From: Dehalococcoidia bacterium
GTDB taxonomy: Bacteria; Chloroflexota; Dehalococcoidia; SHYD01
Length of the DNA: 64,000 nt
Reading direction: 5' to 3'
Assembly: GCA_965220215.1 (NCBI GenBank)
Contig: OZ244809.1
Coordinates: 989,366-1,053,365 of the forward strand
Numbering within the stretch: position 1 is the first letter of the stretch; each line of letters opens with the position of its first letter. Position numbers and translations under genes: made by a program. The notes under the pieces were generated by a model. It saw only the letters and a program-made list of their open reading frames with translations, had not been told where the DNA came from and made no database searches. Positions 8,774-17,785 of the stretch are shown one piece after another.

Positions 8774-9630
8774 TGCTGCTCTACCGCAAGCTGCGCCTGC
8801 TCCTTGAGAACATCCGCTTTGAGCAGTCTGTGTTTGCCTTGCCCTTTGCCTACCTGGGCATGGTGCTGGCGGCCCAGGGCCTGCCCACGCTTTACCAATT
8901 GCTGTGGATCACTCTCGCCATGGTGGGCGCGCGCAGCTTTGCCATGAGCATGAACCGCCTCCAAGACTTAGACTTAGACCTTCGCCATATGCGAGCACGT
9001 GAGCGGCCAATCCCTTCAGGACGGTTAAGCATTGCGGAGGTGCTGGTGTTCAGCCTTGCCGCCGCTGCGCTCTTGCTGTTCGCCGCCAGCCAGCTCAATC
9101 CGCTGTGCGTCCTGCTCTCCCCCATCGCCCTAGTGGTGTTCTCCGGCTACTCTTATGTGAAGCGGGTGAGCTGGCTCACTCACTTTGTGCTGGGCATCGC
9201 GCTGGGCGGCGCGCCGGTAGGGGGCTGGATTGCAGTAACAGGCGCATTGGGCTGGGAGCCGGTGCTGCTCGGACTCTCCGTAGCGGCCTGGGCCAGCGGG
9301 TTTGATGTGCTCTATGCTTGTGGAGACGCCGGCGAGGATCGCAGTTTGGGCGTCAAGACTATTCCGGTGCGCTTCGGCATCCCGACTGCGCTGGCGCTTT
9401 CCGCCGTGCTCCACGTGATAACGGCGCTATTGCTCATCGGCGTGGGCGTTGCCTTTGGGCTAAGCTGGCCTTATTGGCTTGGGCTAACCTTTACCCTTAG
9501 CCTCTTGGCCTACCAGCACCGCGTGGTCACTCCAAACGACCTCTCTCGCCTCAATGCGGCCTTCTTTACCGTGAACGGTGCGGTGTCCCTCGTCATCTTT
9601 CTCAGCGCCTTCATCAGCCTGCCGCGCTAG
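8773..9630 (+). CDS. ubiA: UbiA-family aromatic prenyltransferase (4-hydroxybenzoate polyprenyltransferase / MqnP-like).
   Basis: 285-aa polytopic membrane protein. The N-terminus LLLENIRFEQSVFALPFAYLGMVLAA is typical of UbiA/MqnP. Adjacent to a UbiD-family gene. Confidence 0.8.
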   Translation: MLLYRKLRLLLENIRFEQSVFALPFAYLGMVLAAQGLPTLYQLLWITLAMVGARSFAMSMNRLQDLDLDLRHMRARERPIPSGRLSIAEVLVFSLAAAALLLFAASQLNPLCVLLSPIALVVFSGYSYVKRVSWLTHFVLGIALGGAPVGGWIAVTGALGWEPVLLGLSVAAWASGFDVLYACGDAGEDRSLGVKTIPVRFGIPTALALSAVLHVITALLLIGVGVAFGLSWPYWLGLTFTLSLLAYQHRVVTPNDLSRLNAAFFTVNGAVSLVIFLSAFISLPR

Positions 9631-9688
9631 TGTAGACTCCTTGCTATACTAAAAGCGGACTTTACGAATCTAACGGGAGTACACGCAC

Positions 9689-10345
9689 GTGGCTGAGCAA
9701 GAAGAGACCCACGAGCTTCCCCTCTTTCCCCTAAATACCGTCCTGTTCCCCAGAATGGAGCTACCCCTCCGCGTCTTTGAGCAACGCTACCGAGAGATGG
9801 TGGCCCACTGCATGGAAAGAGACCAGACCTTTGGCGTCGTCCTCATCAAGCACGGGAACGAAATCGGCATACCGGCCGTACCCTACTCCGTGGGCACTAC
9901 CACACACATCGACTCCATTGAGAACTTGGCAGACGGCACGCTGGCAGTGATGACCAGCGGCGTCCGGCGCTTTGTGCTGGAGGAGGTAATCCAGGAACGG
10001 CCCTTCCAGATAGGGCGCGTCACCTATCCGGAGGACACCGCTAATCCCCTCTCGGACACCGCCTTTGCGGAGATGCGGGAATTAGCAGCGCGCTGCGTTC
10101 AACGCTGGCTAGCGCTCAACCGCCAGTGGATGCGTGAACCGCCGCTGCCTCGTAGCCAGCGCGGCCTCTCCTTCTCCATCGCCGTGCGCTTGCCTCTGGA
10201 GATGGACGTCAAACAGATGCTACTGGAATGTCCTAGCGCATCGGAACGCCTGGAAAAAGAACGAACGCTCCTCACCCAAGAAGAGGAGCGTCTCAACCGG
10301 CTTATTCTGGAGCAGGCTTGGCTCCAGACGGCCAGAATGAACTAG
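9689..10345 (+). CDS. Lon N-terminal (LON substrate-binding) domain protein, a stand-alone protein.
   Basis: LPLFPLNTVLFPRMELPLRVFEQRYREM matches the Lon N-domain signature. GTG start. Confidence 0.8.
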   Translation: MAEQEETHELPLFPLNTVLFPRMELPLRVFEQRYREMVAHCMERDQTFGVVLIKHGNEIGIPAVPYSVGTTTHIDSIENLADGTLAVMTSGVRRFVLEEVIQERPFQIGRVTYPEDTANPLSDTAFAEMRELAARCVQRWLALNRQWMREPPLPRSQRGLSFSIAVRLPLEMDVKQMLLECPSASERLEKERTLLTQEEERLNRLILEQAWLQTARMN

Positions 10346-10710
10346 TCGCCGCTGCGGCGCACTACTTCAACCCCTGCGTAGTCCAGCGCGCCCGGCAATG
10401 GTACGCCCGGCTTCTTTACCCGTACCAGCACGCCGTTCACGGGAAACGTTTGCAGCACCTTGTTCGCTATAGCCGTTGCAAGGGCTTCCAGTAAGCGATA
10501 GGGCGCACCCTGCACGATTGAGGCCACTGTCTCGTACACGTTGCCGTAATCGATAGTGTCGGCTAGGTCATCGGAGTCCCCGCTCTTGGAGAGGTCCGCC
10601 TCCAGTTCCACGTCTACTACAAAACGCTGGCCCAAGCGCTGCTCTTCGGGTGAAACCCCGTGATAGCCATAGAAGACCATGCCGTGCAACAGCATGCGGT
10701 CAGCGGTCAC
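10342..10710 (-). CDS. folB: Dihydroneopterin aldolase.
   Basis: 122 aa. The MLLHGMVFYGYHGVSPEEQRLGQRFVVDVEL motif is characteristic of FolB. Confidence 0.85.
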   Translation of the reverse strand: MTADRMLLHGMVFYGYHGVSPEEQRLGQRFVVDVELEADLSKSGDSDDLADTIDYGNVYETVASIVQGAPYRLLEALATAIANKVLQTFPVNGVLVRVKKPGVPLPGALDYAGVEVVRRSGD

Positions 10711-11296
10711 GATAGGGATTGACTCCTTGTAACCCTAGTACCGGCGCGGCCTCTTTCATGGCATCGATGACAAAGGCGATGTGCTCCTTCATGTCCAAGT
10801 CCATCTCTTCGATGCCTACCCGGATATCCTCGCGACTGACCGACCTCGCAAAAGCCTTGTCTTTCATCTTCTTGATGACCGAATCCGCATCAACTTCCCA
10901 TATGCTTTTGTTAGGCTTGACCAGGGCCGTAGCGGTGACAAGGCCCGTGAGCTCATCTACGGAAAAGAGGGCCTTATCCAGCAACGTAGAGCGGGGCACA
11001 CCCGTAGCCGCGTTGTGGGCCATCACCGCATGGACCACCTCCTCTGGAAAGCTACGCTCTGTGAGAATGCGTCCTCCCACCGTGGCATGCTCTTCTGGCG
11101 CGGGATACTGCTCGTAGTCAAAATCATGGAGCAGTCCCGTCATGCCCCAGAGGTCCCGATCCTGCTTGAATTTCAACGCGTAGGCACGCATCACTGCCTC
11201 AACGGTCAGTCCATGCTTAACTAGGCTGTCTGCCTTAGTTAGCTCTGAGAAGACTTCCCAGGCATCCGAGCGGGTTTTCTTGCTGGCCTCTGCCAT
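10700..11296 (-). CDS. HD-domain metal-dependent phosphohydrolase.
   Basis: 198 aa. The HD motif LLHDFDYEQYPAPEEHATVGGRIL plus HAVMAHN is present. Confidence 0.75.
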   Translation of the reverse strand: MAEASKKTRSDAWEVFSELTKADSLVKHGLTVEAVMRAYALKFKQDRDLWGMTGLLHDFDYEQYPAPEEHATVGGRILTERSFPEEVVHAVMAHNAATGVPRSTLLDKALFSVDELTGLVTATALVKPNKSIWEVDADSVIKKMKDKAFARSVSREDIRVGIEEMDLDMKEHIAFVIDAMKEAAPVLGLQGVNPYRDR

Positions 11297-11358
11297 CTCT
11301 CACCTCAGCATTGTTTGCTACACCATATATATTGAGCACGAATTTGCACTCAGTGACC

Positions 11359-11387
11359 TTGACGCACTTTGCACCCGATGCTATGAT
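11359..11387 (+). promoter_or_regulatory. Sigma70-type promoter, TTGACG-N17-TATGAT, upstream of the cytochrome c gene.
   Basis: The -35 TTGACG is at 11359-11364, followed by a 17-nt spacer and the -10 TATGAT at 11382-11387, 38 bp before ATG 11425. Confidence 0.55.
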
Positions 11388-11424
11388 GCTGCTGTTTGTG
11401 ATTTTTGTCATTAAGAGACACAGC

Positions 11425-11868
11425 ATGGAGCGCATACTAGTAGCCTTAGGTCTGATCATTGCGTTAAGCATTGCGTGTGCGCAAGCTGGCCCTGTGCCTG
11501 CCACTCCTGTCGGCGGCGGCCCCATGCCCACAGCCACTCGTCCCGCTACAGAAGACAGCGGGGTGATTCCCGGTCAGTCTCCTGCCGACGCGGGGAAGGG
11601 ACTGTTGACCTCCAAGGGCTGCATAGCCTGCCACACTGTTCCCAACGTACCCGGCGCCGTCGGGACTATCGGCCCAGCACTGGATGGGGTCGCGGATCCC
11701 GAAAAACGGCCTACTATTGCGGACGGTAATTTGGAAAACACCCCAAGCAACATGAGGCGCTGGCTTTCCAACCCCCCTGCCGTAAAAGCAGGCACTTTGA
11801 TGCCCAATTTGAGCCTGAGTCCCGACGAAATAGACAGCCTGTTAGCGTATATTGAAACGCTGAAGTAA
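11425..11868 (+). CDS. Class I c-type cytochrome with a signal peptide.
   Basis: Signal MERILVALGLIIALSIACAQA and haem-binding CIACH (CxxCH). The ORF track offers 11311, but that start overlaps the promoter; the internal Met was chosen. Confidence 0.8.
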   Translation: MERILVALGLIIALSIACAQAGPVPATPVGGGPMPTATRPATEDSGVIPGQSPADAGKGLLTSKGCIACHTVPNVPGAVGTIGPALDGVADPEKRPTIADGNLENTPSNMRRWLSNPPAVKAGTLMPNLSLSPDEIDSLLAYIETLK

Positions 11869-11891
11869 CCCCCTAAGGGGGTTACTTTTTT
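11866..11891. terminator. Rho-independent terminator TAACCCCC-taa-GGGGGTTA followed by TTTTTT, probably bidirectional.
   Basis: An 8-bp GC stem with a U-tract directly after the cytochrome c stop. It overlaps the stop of the convergent aldolase gene. Confidence 0.8.
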
Positions 11892-12507
11892 ATGGCCTTG
11901 GTCCGCCTATGGTAGAAGCGATCTCTTCTACCGAAGGGCGACCTTCTCTCTGAGACGCCTCTAACTGCCGGTAAATGGTGATGAGTTTGCAGCACTCTTC
12001 CAGCAGCGATGTCCAGCGGTGCGCCTCTTCCAGCAACTGCCCCACAGCAAAGGTGCCGTGGCCGCGCACAACTACTACTTTGGATTCCCGCAGGAGCGAC
12101 GCCAGCTCTTCAGCCACCGTACGCACCTGAAACACTACCTCATTGCCCACAACCGGCACGAGTTCCAGATTATGCCGAGCTTCCGCATCCAACGGCTGGA
12201 TGACCCGCTCACGCAGCGAGAGCGCAACAGCATACGCCGGATGCGCGTGGACAATAGCATGCGCGCCCGTGCGCTGATAGAGGAAGCGGTGAATAGATAG
12301 CTCCGACGAAGCGGAGGGCGTGGCGCGGTCGTTCCAGTCCACACCTGTCTCCACCAAATCCTGCTCCCTGAGGTGTGCCAACCGGGAGGCTCGCCGAGTA
12401 ATGATAAGCTTGTCACCAGCCCGCACGCTCAGGTTGCCACCGTGGGAGGACACTAGCCCTCTTGTAAAAAGATCGCTGCCTACTTCTTGAAACTCTTGTA
12501 AGCGCAT
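11890..12507 (-). CDS. Class II aldolase/adducin family protein (fuculose-phosphate aldolase / MtnB-like).
   Basis: SHGGNLSVR and the HAHP metal-binding motifs are present. Confidence 0.8.
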   Translation of the reverse strand: MRLQEFQEVGSDLFTRGLVSSHGGNLSVRAGDKLIITRRASRLAHLREQDLVETGVDWNDRATPSASSELSIHRFLYQRTGAHAIVHAHPAYAVALSLRERVIQPLDAEARHNLELVPVVGNEVVFQVRTVAEELASLLRESKVVVVRGHGTFAVGQLLEEAHRWTSLLEECCKLITIYRQLEASQREGRPSVEEIASTIGGPRP

Positions 12508-12726
12508 GAGGCTACCTCACTCAACTAACTCATCCATCCCATTCATATAGATATAACAAGAAAGTACGGTCTTAGTAACAGCTTTTTTGCATTATACGGA
12601 ATGCTTTCAGCCGCTGCCAATTCCAGCAGCGCTGCCCGCTGCAAAGCCGTTGTATACTACCTAAAGCTTCAAGCAAGCTAAGGCTCAACGCTCCTAGCTA
12701 ATATCCTGCGATAGTACATACCCATT

Positions 12727-13521
12727 ATGCGCAAGTTCGTTTCTACTAGACCTGACCCCTACGCCGACATTGCCAGGTTCTACGACCTGGAGTACAGGGA
12801 TTACGCTGAAGACCTCCCTCTCTATCTGAGTCTTGCTCAGAAGAGCGGCGGGCCCATTCTGGATGGCGGCGCCGGCACTGGGCGCGTCGCTCAGGCGTTG
12901 GCGGAAGCCGGACACACCATAGTGGGACTAGACACCTCGCCCGCGATGCTGGAGCTTGCGCAGCAGCAGATTCCGAAGGACATCGCAAAGCGCATTACCC
13001 TGGCGCTGGGCGACCTGCGGAAGTTCAGCCGCCCGGAGCGGTTCACCCTCGCCCTGCTGGCCGTTAACACCTTCGACTATTTTGCAACGCGTGAGGAGCA
13101 GGAGCAGGCCCTCAGCTGCTTATGGGAGCACCTTGCGCCGGAGGGGATGCTGGTTATAGCGCTCCAGAACCCGTATCTCTGGGCAGTGGACACGCAGCAG
13201 CACGAGACCATTCTTGAGTGGGACCTCGCCGGCCCTGGAGAGGGAGAGCACACGAAGAAGTTCTCTTCCGGATGGTCTGATCTCGCTAATCAAGTCCGCC
13301 ATGTTGCTTTATGGTATGATGTCGCTGGCCCCGGCGGGGCGCTCCACCGTGCTTCCACCTCCATGACTCTCCGCTGGAGCTACCGTTTTGAGCTTGAGTT
13401 GCTCCTTGAGCAGGCGAGTTTTCACGCCGAGCACTGGTACGGCTCTTACGACTTAGAGCCGTATATGGACGACAGCCCCTTGCTCCTTGTAGTGGCAAGA
13501 AAAAGCCCAAAAAAACGGTAG
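12727..13521 (+). CDS. Class I SAM-dependent methyltransferase.
   Basis: Motif I ILDGGAGTGRVAQALAEAGHTIVGLDTSPAML is present. Confidence 0.8.
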   Translation: MRKFVSTRPDPYADIARFYDLEYRDYAEDLPLYLSLAQKSGGPILDGGAGTGRVAQALAEAGHTIVGLDTSPAMLELAQQQIPKDIAKRITLALGDLRKFSRPERFTLALLAVNTFDYFATREEQEQALSCLWEHLAPEGMLVIALQNPYLWAVDTQQHETILEWDLAGPGEGEHTKKFSSGWSDLANQVRHVALWYDVAGPGGALHRASTSMTLRWSYRFELELLLEQASFHAEHWYGSYDLEPYMDDSPLLLVVARKSPKKR

Positions 13522-13862
13522 AGACCGTGACATACCGGTCAATTTAGTGTTTGTAACCATAGAATACCTTTTAAGTAGATAGAGGCAGCGTGGAATTACC
13601 TGCATCACAAGTACGAAACAGCTTACATATAGCGCACGCAATCCTAAAGCGCGCCCCCTCAAACTGTCCCAGTAAGATGGTTTCAGTAGGAGCGTCTGCG
13701 CTCCTAGTGGTTGCCTCAGCGGTCATGGCCCGCTTGGTCATCACCAAACCGGAAGATGCCGCCCATGTCGAGGCCAAGGAGTTTTGTCGGAACTGCGCCG
13801 TCCGGCCTCAATGCAAGCACAGCCTGGTAAAGTAACCAACCCCTGCTTGTAGCCACCTCCAG

Positions 13863-14873
13863 ATGCGCATCGCGGTAGACGCTATGGGGGGTGATGCCGC
13901 CCCCCAGGTAGTAGTTGAGGGTACCCTCGCCTTCGCTGCTCAATCCCCAGTAGAAGTACTCCTCGTCGGCCAGGAAGAGGCCATCCTTCCCCTTCTCAAC
14001 GCACGCGGCTCTGTGCCCAGTTCTATTCACGTTCACCACGCGCCGCAGATTGTGGAGATGGGCGAGCACCCCTCCGTTGCCGTGCGCCAAAAATCAGCGT
14101 CCTCCATTGCTCTCGGCCTGAAGCTGGTCAAGGACGGCGAGGCAGAGGCCTTTGTCTCGGCAGGCAACACCGGCGCCGTGATGGCGTTTAGCCTCCACCT
14201 CGTAGGTCGGCTACCCGGCGTCGAGCGGCCGGCGCTGGGAGCGGTGTTCTCCGCCCAGGACCGTCCATGCCTGCTCATAGACGCGGGCGCAAACGCAGAC
14301 TGCAAGCCTAGCTACTTACTCCAGTTCGCCGGGATGGGCAGCGCATACATGCGCGGCACCTTCGGCATAGACGAGCCTCTGGTTGGGCTGCTCAACATCG
14401 GCGGGGAAGAGGGCAAAGGCAACCAACTAGCCCAGGCCTCCTACAAGCTGCTTCAAGAGAGCGGCCTGCCTTTTGTGGGCAATATAGAGGGACAGGAGTT
14501 CTCCCACGGGCGTGCCCAGGTGGTGGTGACCGACGGCTTTTCCGGTAACGTGGCTCTTAAGATAGCGGAGGGCACAGCAGCAGTACTGCAGAGCAGCCTC
14601 CGTGAAGCCCTCACCGCTAAGCTCCACTACAAGCTGGCGGCAGCCATCCTGCGCCCTGCATTCCGGGCCGCAGCCCGGCGCTTAGACTACGCCGAATACG
14701 GCGGCGCGCCGTTGCTGGGCGTGAATGGCATCGTGATCATCGGCCACGGCAGAAGCACGCCCCGAGCTATCCAGCAGGCTATCGTAGCGGCAAAGAACGC
14801 CGTGGAGGGCAACGTAGTGGAACGCATCCGCGCCTTCACCGCCAACGCTGCCGCACCTACCGAGACGGAATGA
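13863..14873 (+). CDS. plsX: Phosphate acyltransferase PlsX.
   Basis: MRIAVDAMGGDAAPQVVVEG and full-length PlsX similarity are recognised. Confidence 0.9.
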   Translation: MRIAVDAMGGDAAPQVVVEGTLAFAAQSPVEVLLVGQEEAILPLLNARGSVPSSIHVHHAPQIVEMGEHPSVAVRQKSASSIALGLKLVKDGEAEAFVSAGNTGAVMAFSLHLVGRLPGVERPALGAVFSAQDRPCLLIDAGANADCKPSYLLQFAGMGSAYMRGTFGIDEPLVGLLNIGGEEGKGNQLAQASYKLLQESGLPFVGNIEGQEFSHGRAQVVVTDGFSGNVALKIAEGTAAVLQSSLREALTAKLHYKLAAAILRPAFRAAARRLDYAEYGGAPLLGVNGIVIIGHGRSTPRAIQQAIVAAKNAVEGNVVERIRAFTANAAAPTETE

Positions 14874-15301
14874 CCTATCAACAACCCTGGCGTCTCTTCA
14901 CCCTGGAAGAAGCAAAGGAGGCGCTCGTCGCCATTGAGCCGCTGGCGCGGGAAGCCCAGCAGAAGGTCGGCGAGCTGCAATCCTTGCGCTTGAACCAAGG
15001 CCGCACCTTTCAGGAGACGCAGCATACTAATGGACACCACACCAACGGGCACCACGCAGAGGCCGAGGAAAACGCAACCGGCCAACGCGAGCGCTCAGAA
15101 CGGCTGCTGAACGACATCCAAGAGCTTATCAACCAGATCCAGGCGCACGGATGCGAGCTGAAAGACCCGTCGCTGGGGCTGCTGGACTTTCGCGCTATGC
15201 GGGAAGACCGGATTGTCTATCTATGCTGGCAACTGGGAGAGGATACGATTGCCTACTGGCACGAGCTGGAAACCGGCTACGCCGGCCGTCAGCCGCTTTA
15301 G
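14870..15301 (+). CDS. Conserved hypothetical protein (DUF2203-like) with a His-rich duplicated insert TNGHHTNGHH.
   Basis: Overlaps the plsX stop by 4 bp. LFTLEEAKEALVAIEPLAREAQ at the N-terminus. A 15-bp direct duplication at 15026-15055 encodes TNGHH twice. Confidence 0.5.
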   Translation: MTYQQPWRLFTLEEAKEALVAIEPLAREAQQKVGELQSLRLNQGRTFQETQHTNGHHTNGHHAEAEENATGQRERSERLLNDIQELINQIQAHGCELKDPSLGLLDFRAMREDRIVYLCWQLGEDTIAYWHELETGYAGRQPL

Positions 15302-15397
15302 CAGCGTATCTGCATAAGCATCGATAGTAATTTTTTACAGGTTCGGCTATACTGTTGCTACGCCTAAAAAGCAGCGTGCAACGTTGAAAGGAGCACC

Positions 15398-15709
15398 ATG
15401 ATCACGGTAACAACCGATGCAGCAGTTCAATTAAAGCAAATTATGGAGAACCAATCCCTGACGGACGTCAGCGTGCGTGTATTCGCTCGCGGTCAGTGCG
15501 GTTGTGGCAAGATCCACTTCGGCATGGGTTTTGACGACAAGGTTGCCACCGAGGACCAGGCCATGGAGAGCGAAGGCGTCAAGCTCCTCTTCGATGAGCA
15601 AGTAGCTCCTTCTCTAACTGAGGCAACCATCGACTTCATCGAAACCGAAGCCGGTCAAGGGTTCACTATCAATACGCCCAACGCGCCGGGCTGCAGCTGC
15701 GGCCAGTAG
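15398..15709 (+). CDS. HesB/IscA-family iron-sulfur cluster insertion protein.
   Basis: 103 aa with a C-terminal CSCG motif (GCSCGQ) and an internal conserved Cys. Confidence 0.75.
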   Translation: MITVTTDAAVQLKQIMENQSLTDVSVRVFARGQCGCGKIHFGMGFDDKVATEDQAMESEGVKLLFDEQVAPSLTEATIDFIETEAGQGFTINTPNAPGCSCGQ

Positions 15710-15753
15710 GAGTATTCTAGGGCAGGGATACCTCCCCTCCAGACTGCGCGCGT

Positions 15754-15828
15754 GCCCCTGTAGCTCAGAGGATAGAGCACCGGCCTCCGGAGCCGGGTGC
15801 GAGCGTTCGAGTCGCTCCAGGGGTACCA
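15754..15828 (+). tRNA. tRNA-Arg (anticodon CCG), CCA encoded.
   Basis: Hand-folded cloverleaf. Acceptor GCCCCTG/CAGGGGT with a 1:72 G-U pair, D-arm GCTC/GAGC, anticodon stem CCGGC/GCCGG with loop CTCCGGA (U33, anticodon CCG), T-arm GAGCG-TTCGAGT-CGCTC, and 3' ACCA. Confidence 0.85.
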
Positions 15829-15850
15829 TCCCCCCGAACTACAACAGCTA

Positions 15851-15880
15851 AACCCGCTCTTAATCAGGGCGGGTTCTTCA
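15851..15880 (+). terminator. Possible terminator hairpin after the tRNA: AACCCGC-loop-GCGGGTT followed by CTTC.
   Basis: 7-bp stem with an 11-nt loop and a weak U-tract. It sits immediately before the start of the next CDS. Confidence 0.3.
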
Positions 15881-15885
15881 CGAAT

Positions 15886-16638
15886 ATGAGTCAAACACGT
15901 CGTCTGCGGCGGGAAGCCGCACGCCAACAACTACAGCTTCGCCTCAGAAGAGCCTTAGCCACAGGTCGCACGCGCCGCGGGACCTATCCGTGGTGGGCCT
16001 TCTGGTCGTCCCCAAAACGCACCATTGCCGTCATCGCGTCGATAGGCATGGCCCTCGTCATTGGCCTGCCGGCCCTCGCCCCGCCTGCGCCTAGCGCCAC
16101 TGCCGAGCCGACACCCGCCACTATCTCCGAACCAACGCCAGGTCCAGAGTCCAAGAAAAGATCAGCGCCCCCTGAGATGCAGCTCACCCAGGAAGCAGCG
16201 TACTCGGCCGCTATCCGCACCAGCCGCGGTGAAGTTAGGGTGAATTTACTTAGCGCGGAAGCGCCCAATGCAGTAAACAACTTCGTCAGCCTGGCTAATG
16301 ACCGCTTCTATACCGATACACCCGTTGCTACCAAGTCCACCGCTGCACAGGTCTACCTGGGCGGTCTGGACCCTGCCGGCGAAGAAGGCCCCGGCTACGG
16401 TATCCCCGCGGAGACCACTTCAAGCCAGCCCGCTCTTGGCTCTGTGGTAATGGTGGACCAGGGCGATGGCACTCTAGGCAGTCAGTTCATCATTGTGCTG
16501 GAAGACCAGCCCACCGTCAGCGGCCCGTACACGGTGATTGGTCGGGTGACGGTGGGCCTAGACGTGGTACGGCGGCTGACTCCCAACGACCAAATCCTAA
16601 GCGTAGATATCACTGAAGCGCCGCCGGCTGGCGGATAG
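15886..16638 (+). CDS. Cyclophilin-type peptidyl-prolyl cis-trans isomerase, membrane-anchored or secreted.
   Basis: Arg-rich N-terminus followed by a TM segment and a Pro/Thr linker. The cyclophilin core runs from GEVRVNLLSAEAPNAVNNFVSLA to FIIVLED. Confidence 0.8.
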   Translation: MSQTRRLRREAARQQLQLRLRRALATGRTRRGTYPWWAFWSSPKRTIAVIASIGMALVIGLPALAPPAPSATAEPTPATISEPTPGPESKKRSAPPEMQLTQEAAYSAAIRTSRGEVRVNLLSAEAPNAVNNFVSLANDRFYTDTPVATKSTAAQVYLGGLDPAGEEGPGYGIPAETTSSQPALGSVVMVDQGDGTLGSQFIIVLEDQPTVSGPYTVIGRVTVGLDVVRRLTPNDQILSVDITEAPPAGG

Positions 16639-16659
16639 CTTCACTTGTAGGAGCGCTCA

Positions 16660-17025
16660 TTGCACACAGTGGGCGTAGACATCGTCGAAATTGCGCGGGT
16701 AGAAGCAGCTCTCGATCGCTGGGGTGCGCGCTTCCTCAATCGCATCTACACGGACAAAGAGATCCGCTATTGCCGCGGGCGGGTTCCAGAGCTGGCCGCT
16801 CGGTTTGCCGCCAAAGAAGCGGTCATGAAGGCGCTTGGGACCGGCATTAGAGGCGTGGGCTGGCGGGACATTGAGGTGCTCCCCATGCGCAGCGGCAAGC
16901 CTCTGGTCTTCCTCCACGGACGCGCCCAGCAACGGGCGCAGACTCTGGGCTTGGAGGATTTTGCTATCAGTCTCACCCATTCCAGAGACTTTGCCATCGC
17001 CTCGGTGGTAAGTGGCTACGGATAG
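16660..17025 (+). CDS. acpS: Holo-[acyl-carrier-protein] synthase.
   Basis: VGVDIVEIARVE and FAAKEAVMKALG motifs are present. TTG or GTG start. Confidence 0.85.
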   Translation: MHTVGVDIVEIARVEAALDRWGARFLNRIYTDKEIRYCRGRVPELAARFAAKEAVMKALGTGIRGVGWRDIEVLPMRSGKPLVFLHGRAQQRAQTLGLEDFAISLTHSRDFAIASVVSGYG

Positions 17026-17785
17026 CGGCGGCAACTCCTCCCGCCAAAGGCGCATCCCCAGGGTGCTGGTTCCCACGCCCTTCGTCTCTCTTATTGTCGT
17101 GCTCCTCGTCGGGCTTGCGAGCGCCGCCGCGGGCATCCGCACCACCGAGCGCGCCGTTACCGTTGCGCCTGAAGCTACTATCGCCCAGCCAGTAGCGGCC
17201 TCCCCTGCCAGCACGGTTACCACCGGCCCCACTTTTATCACCGGCGGCACGATTATCACCGGCAGAGCTGAGACCCTGGTGCTCCATTCGGCCGACGTGC
17301 TGCCGCTGTCTCGAGACCTGCGCTTATCCGAGGACCAAAGCGGCCCCCTCGACTCGGCTTTGGCGAACGGACGCTGGCCCACGCCCACTGGCGCACAATA
17401 CAATGCGTGGGGACGAGCCGATGGCCATCGGACCACGTACCAGCGCAGGCACCTGGATACCGACTCCAGCGCGCCGGTAGAAGTCTACTCCCAGGTAGAT
17501 GTCTTCAGCTCGGTCTCCGGCGCACAACAAGCCCTTGAGGCGGTATCAGCAGAGCGGCGCGCGGCCCCCGCCGTTCCGCTTTCCTACAAAAGGATTGCCA
17601 ATGCCTCATTTATTCTTATAGGCGCCAATGGCCCCTTTGTCCAGACGCTGGTAGTCTTCCGGAAGGACAGTGCTGTGGCTCAGGTGCTGGTTACAAGCTA
17701 TAGAGAGCATCCACCTCAGCAAGCTGCGGTAATACTGGCACACCTACTGGAGGAGCGCATCGAGCTGCTGGGAGGCGGCCAGTGA
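17012..17785 (+). CDS. Hypothetical membrane-anchored extracytoplasmic protein.
   Basis: N-terminal TM segment PFVSLIVVLLVGLASAAAG. No recognisable motif. Overlaps acpS and nnr. Confidence 0.5.
   Translation: MATDSGGNSSRQRRIPRVLVPTPFVSLIVVLLVGLASAAAGIRTTERAVTVAPEATIAQPVAASPASTVTTGPTFITGGTIITGRAETLVLHSADVLPLSRDLRLSEDQSGPLDSALANGRWPTPTGAQYNAWGRADGHRTTYQRRHLDTDSSAPVEVYSQVDVFSSVSGAQQALEAVSAERRAAPAVPLSYKRIANASFILIGANGPFVQTLVVFRKDSAVAQVLVTSYREHPPQQAAVILAHLLEERIELLGGGQ

Noticed and set aside
11311-11424. The upstream extension of the cytochrome c ORF offered by the ORF track.
   Set aside because: The extension overlaps a near-consensus -35/-10 promoter and lacks a signal peptide. The internal Met at 11425 gives a proper signal sequence.
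12508-12726. A possible small RNA or riboswitch in the AT-rich divergent region, including a T6 run at about 12583.
   Set aside because: No convincing stem precedes the T-run and no riboswitch consensus was recognised. It is most likely plain divergent promoter DNA.
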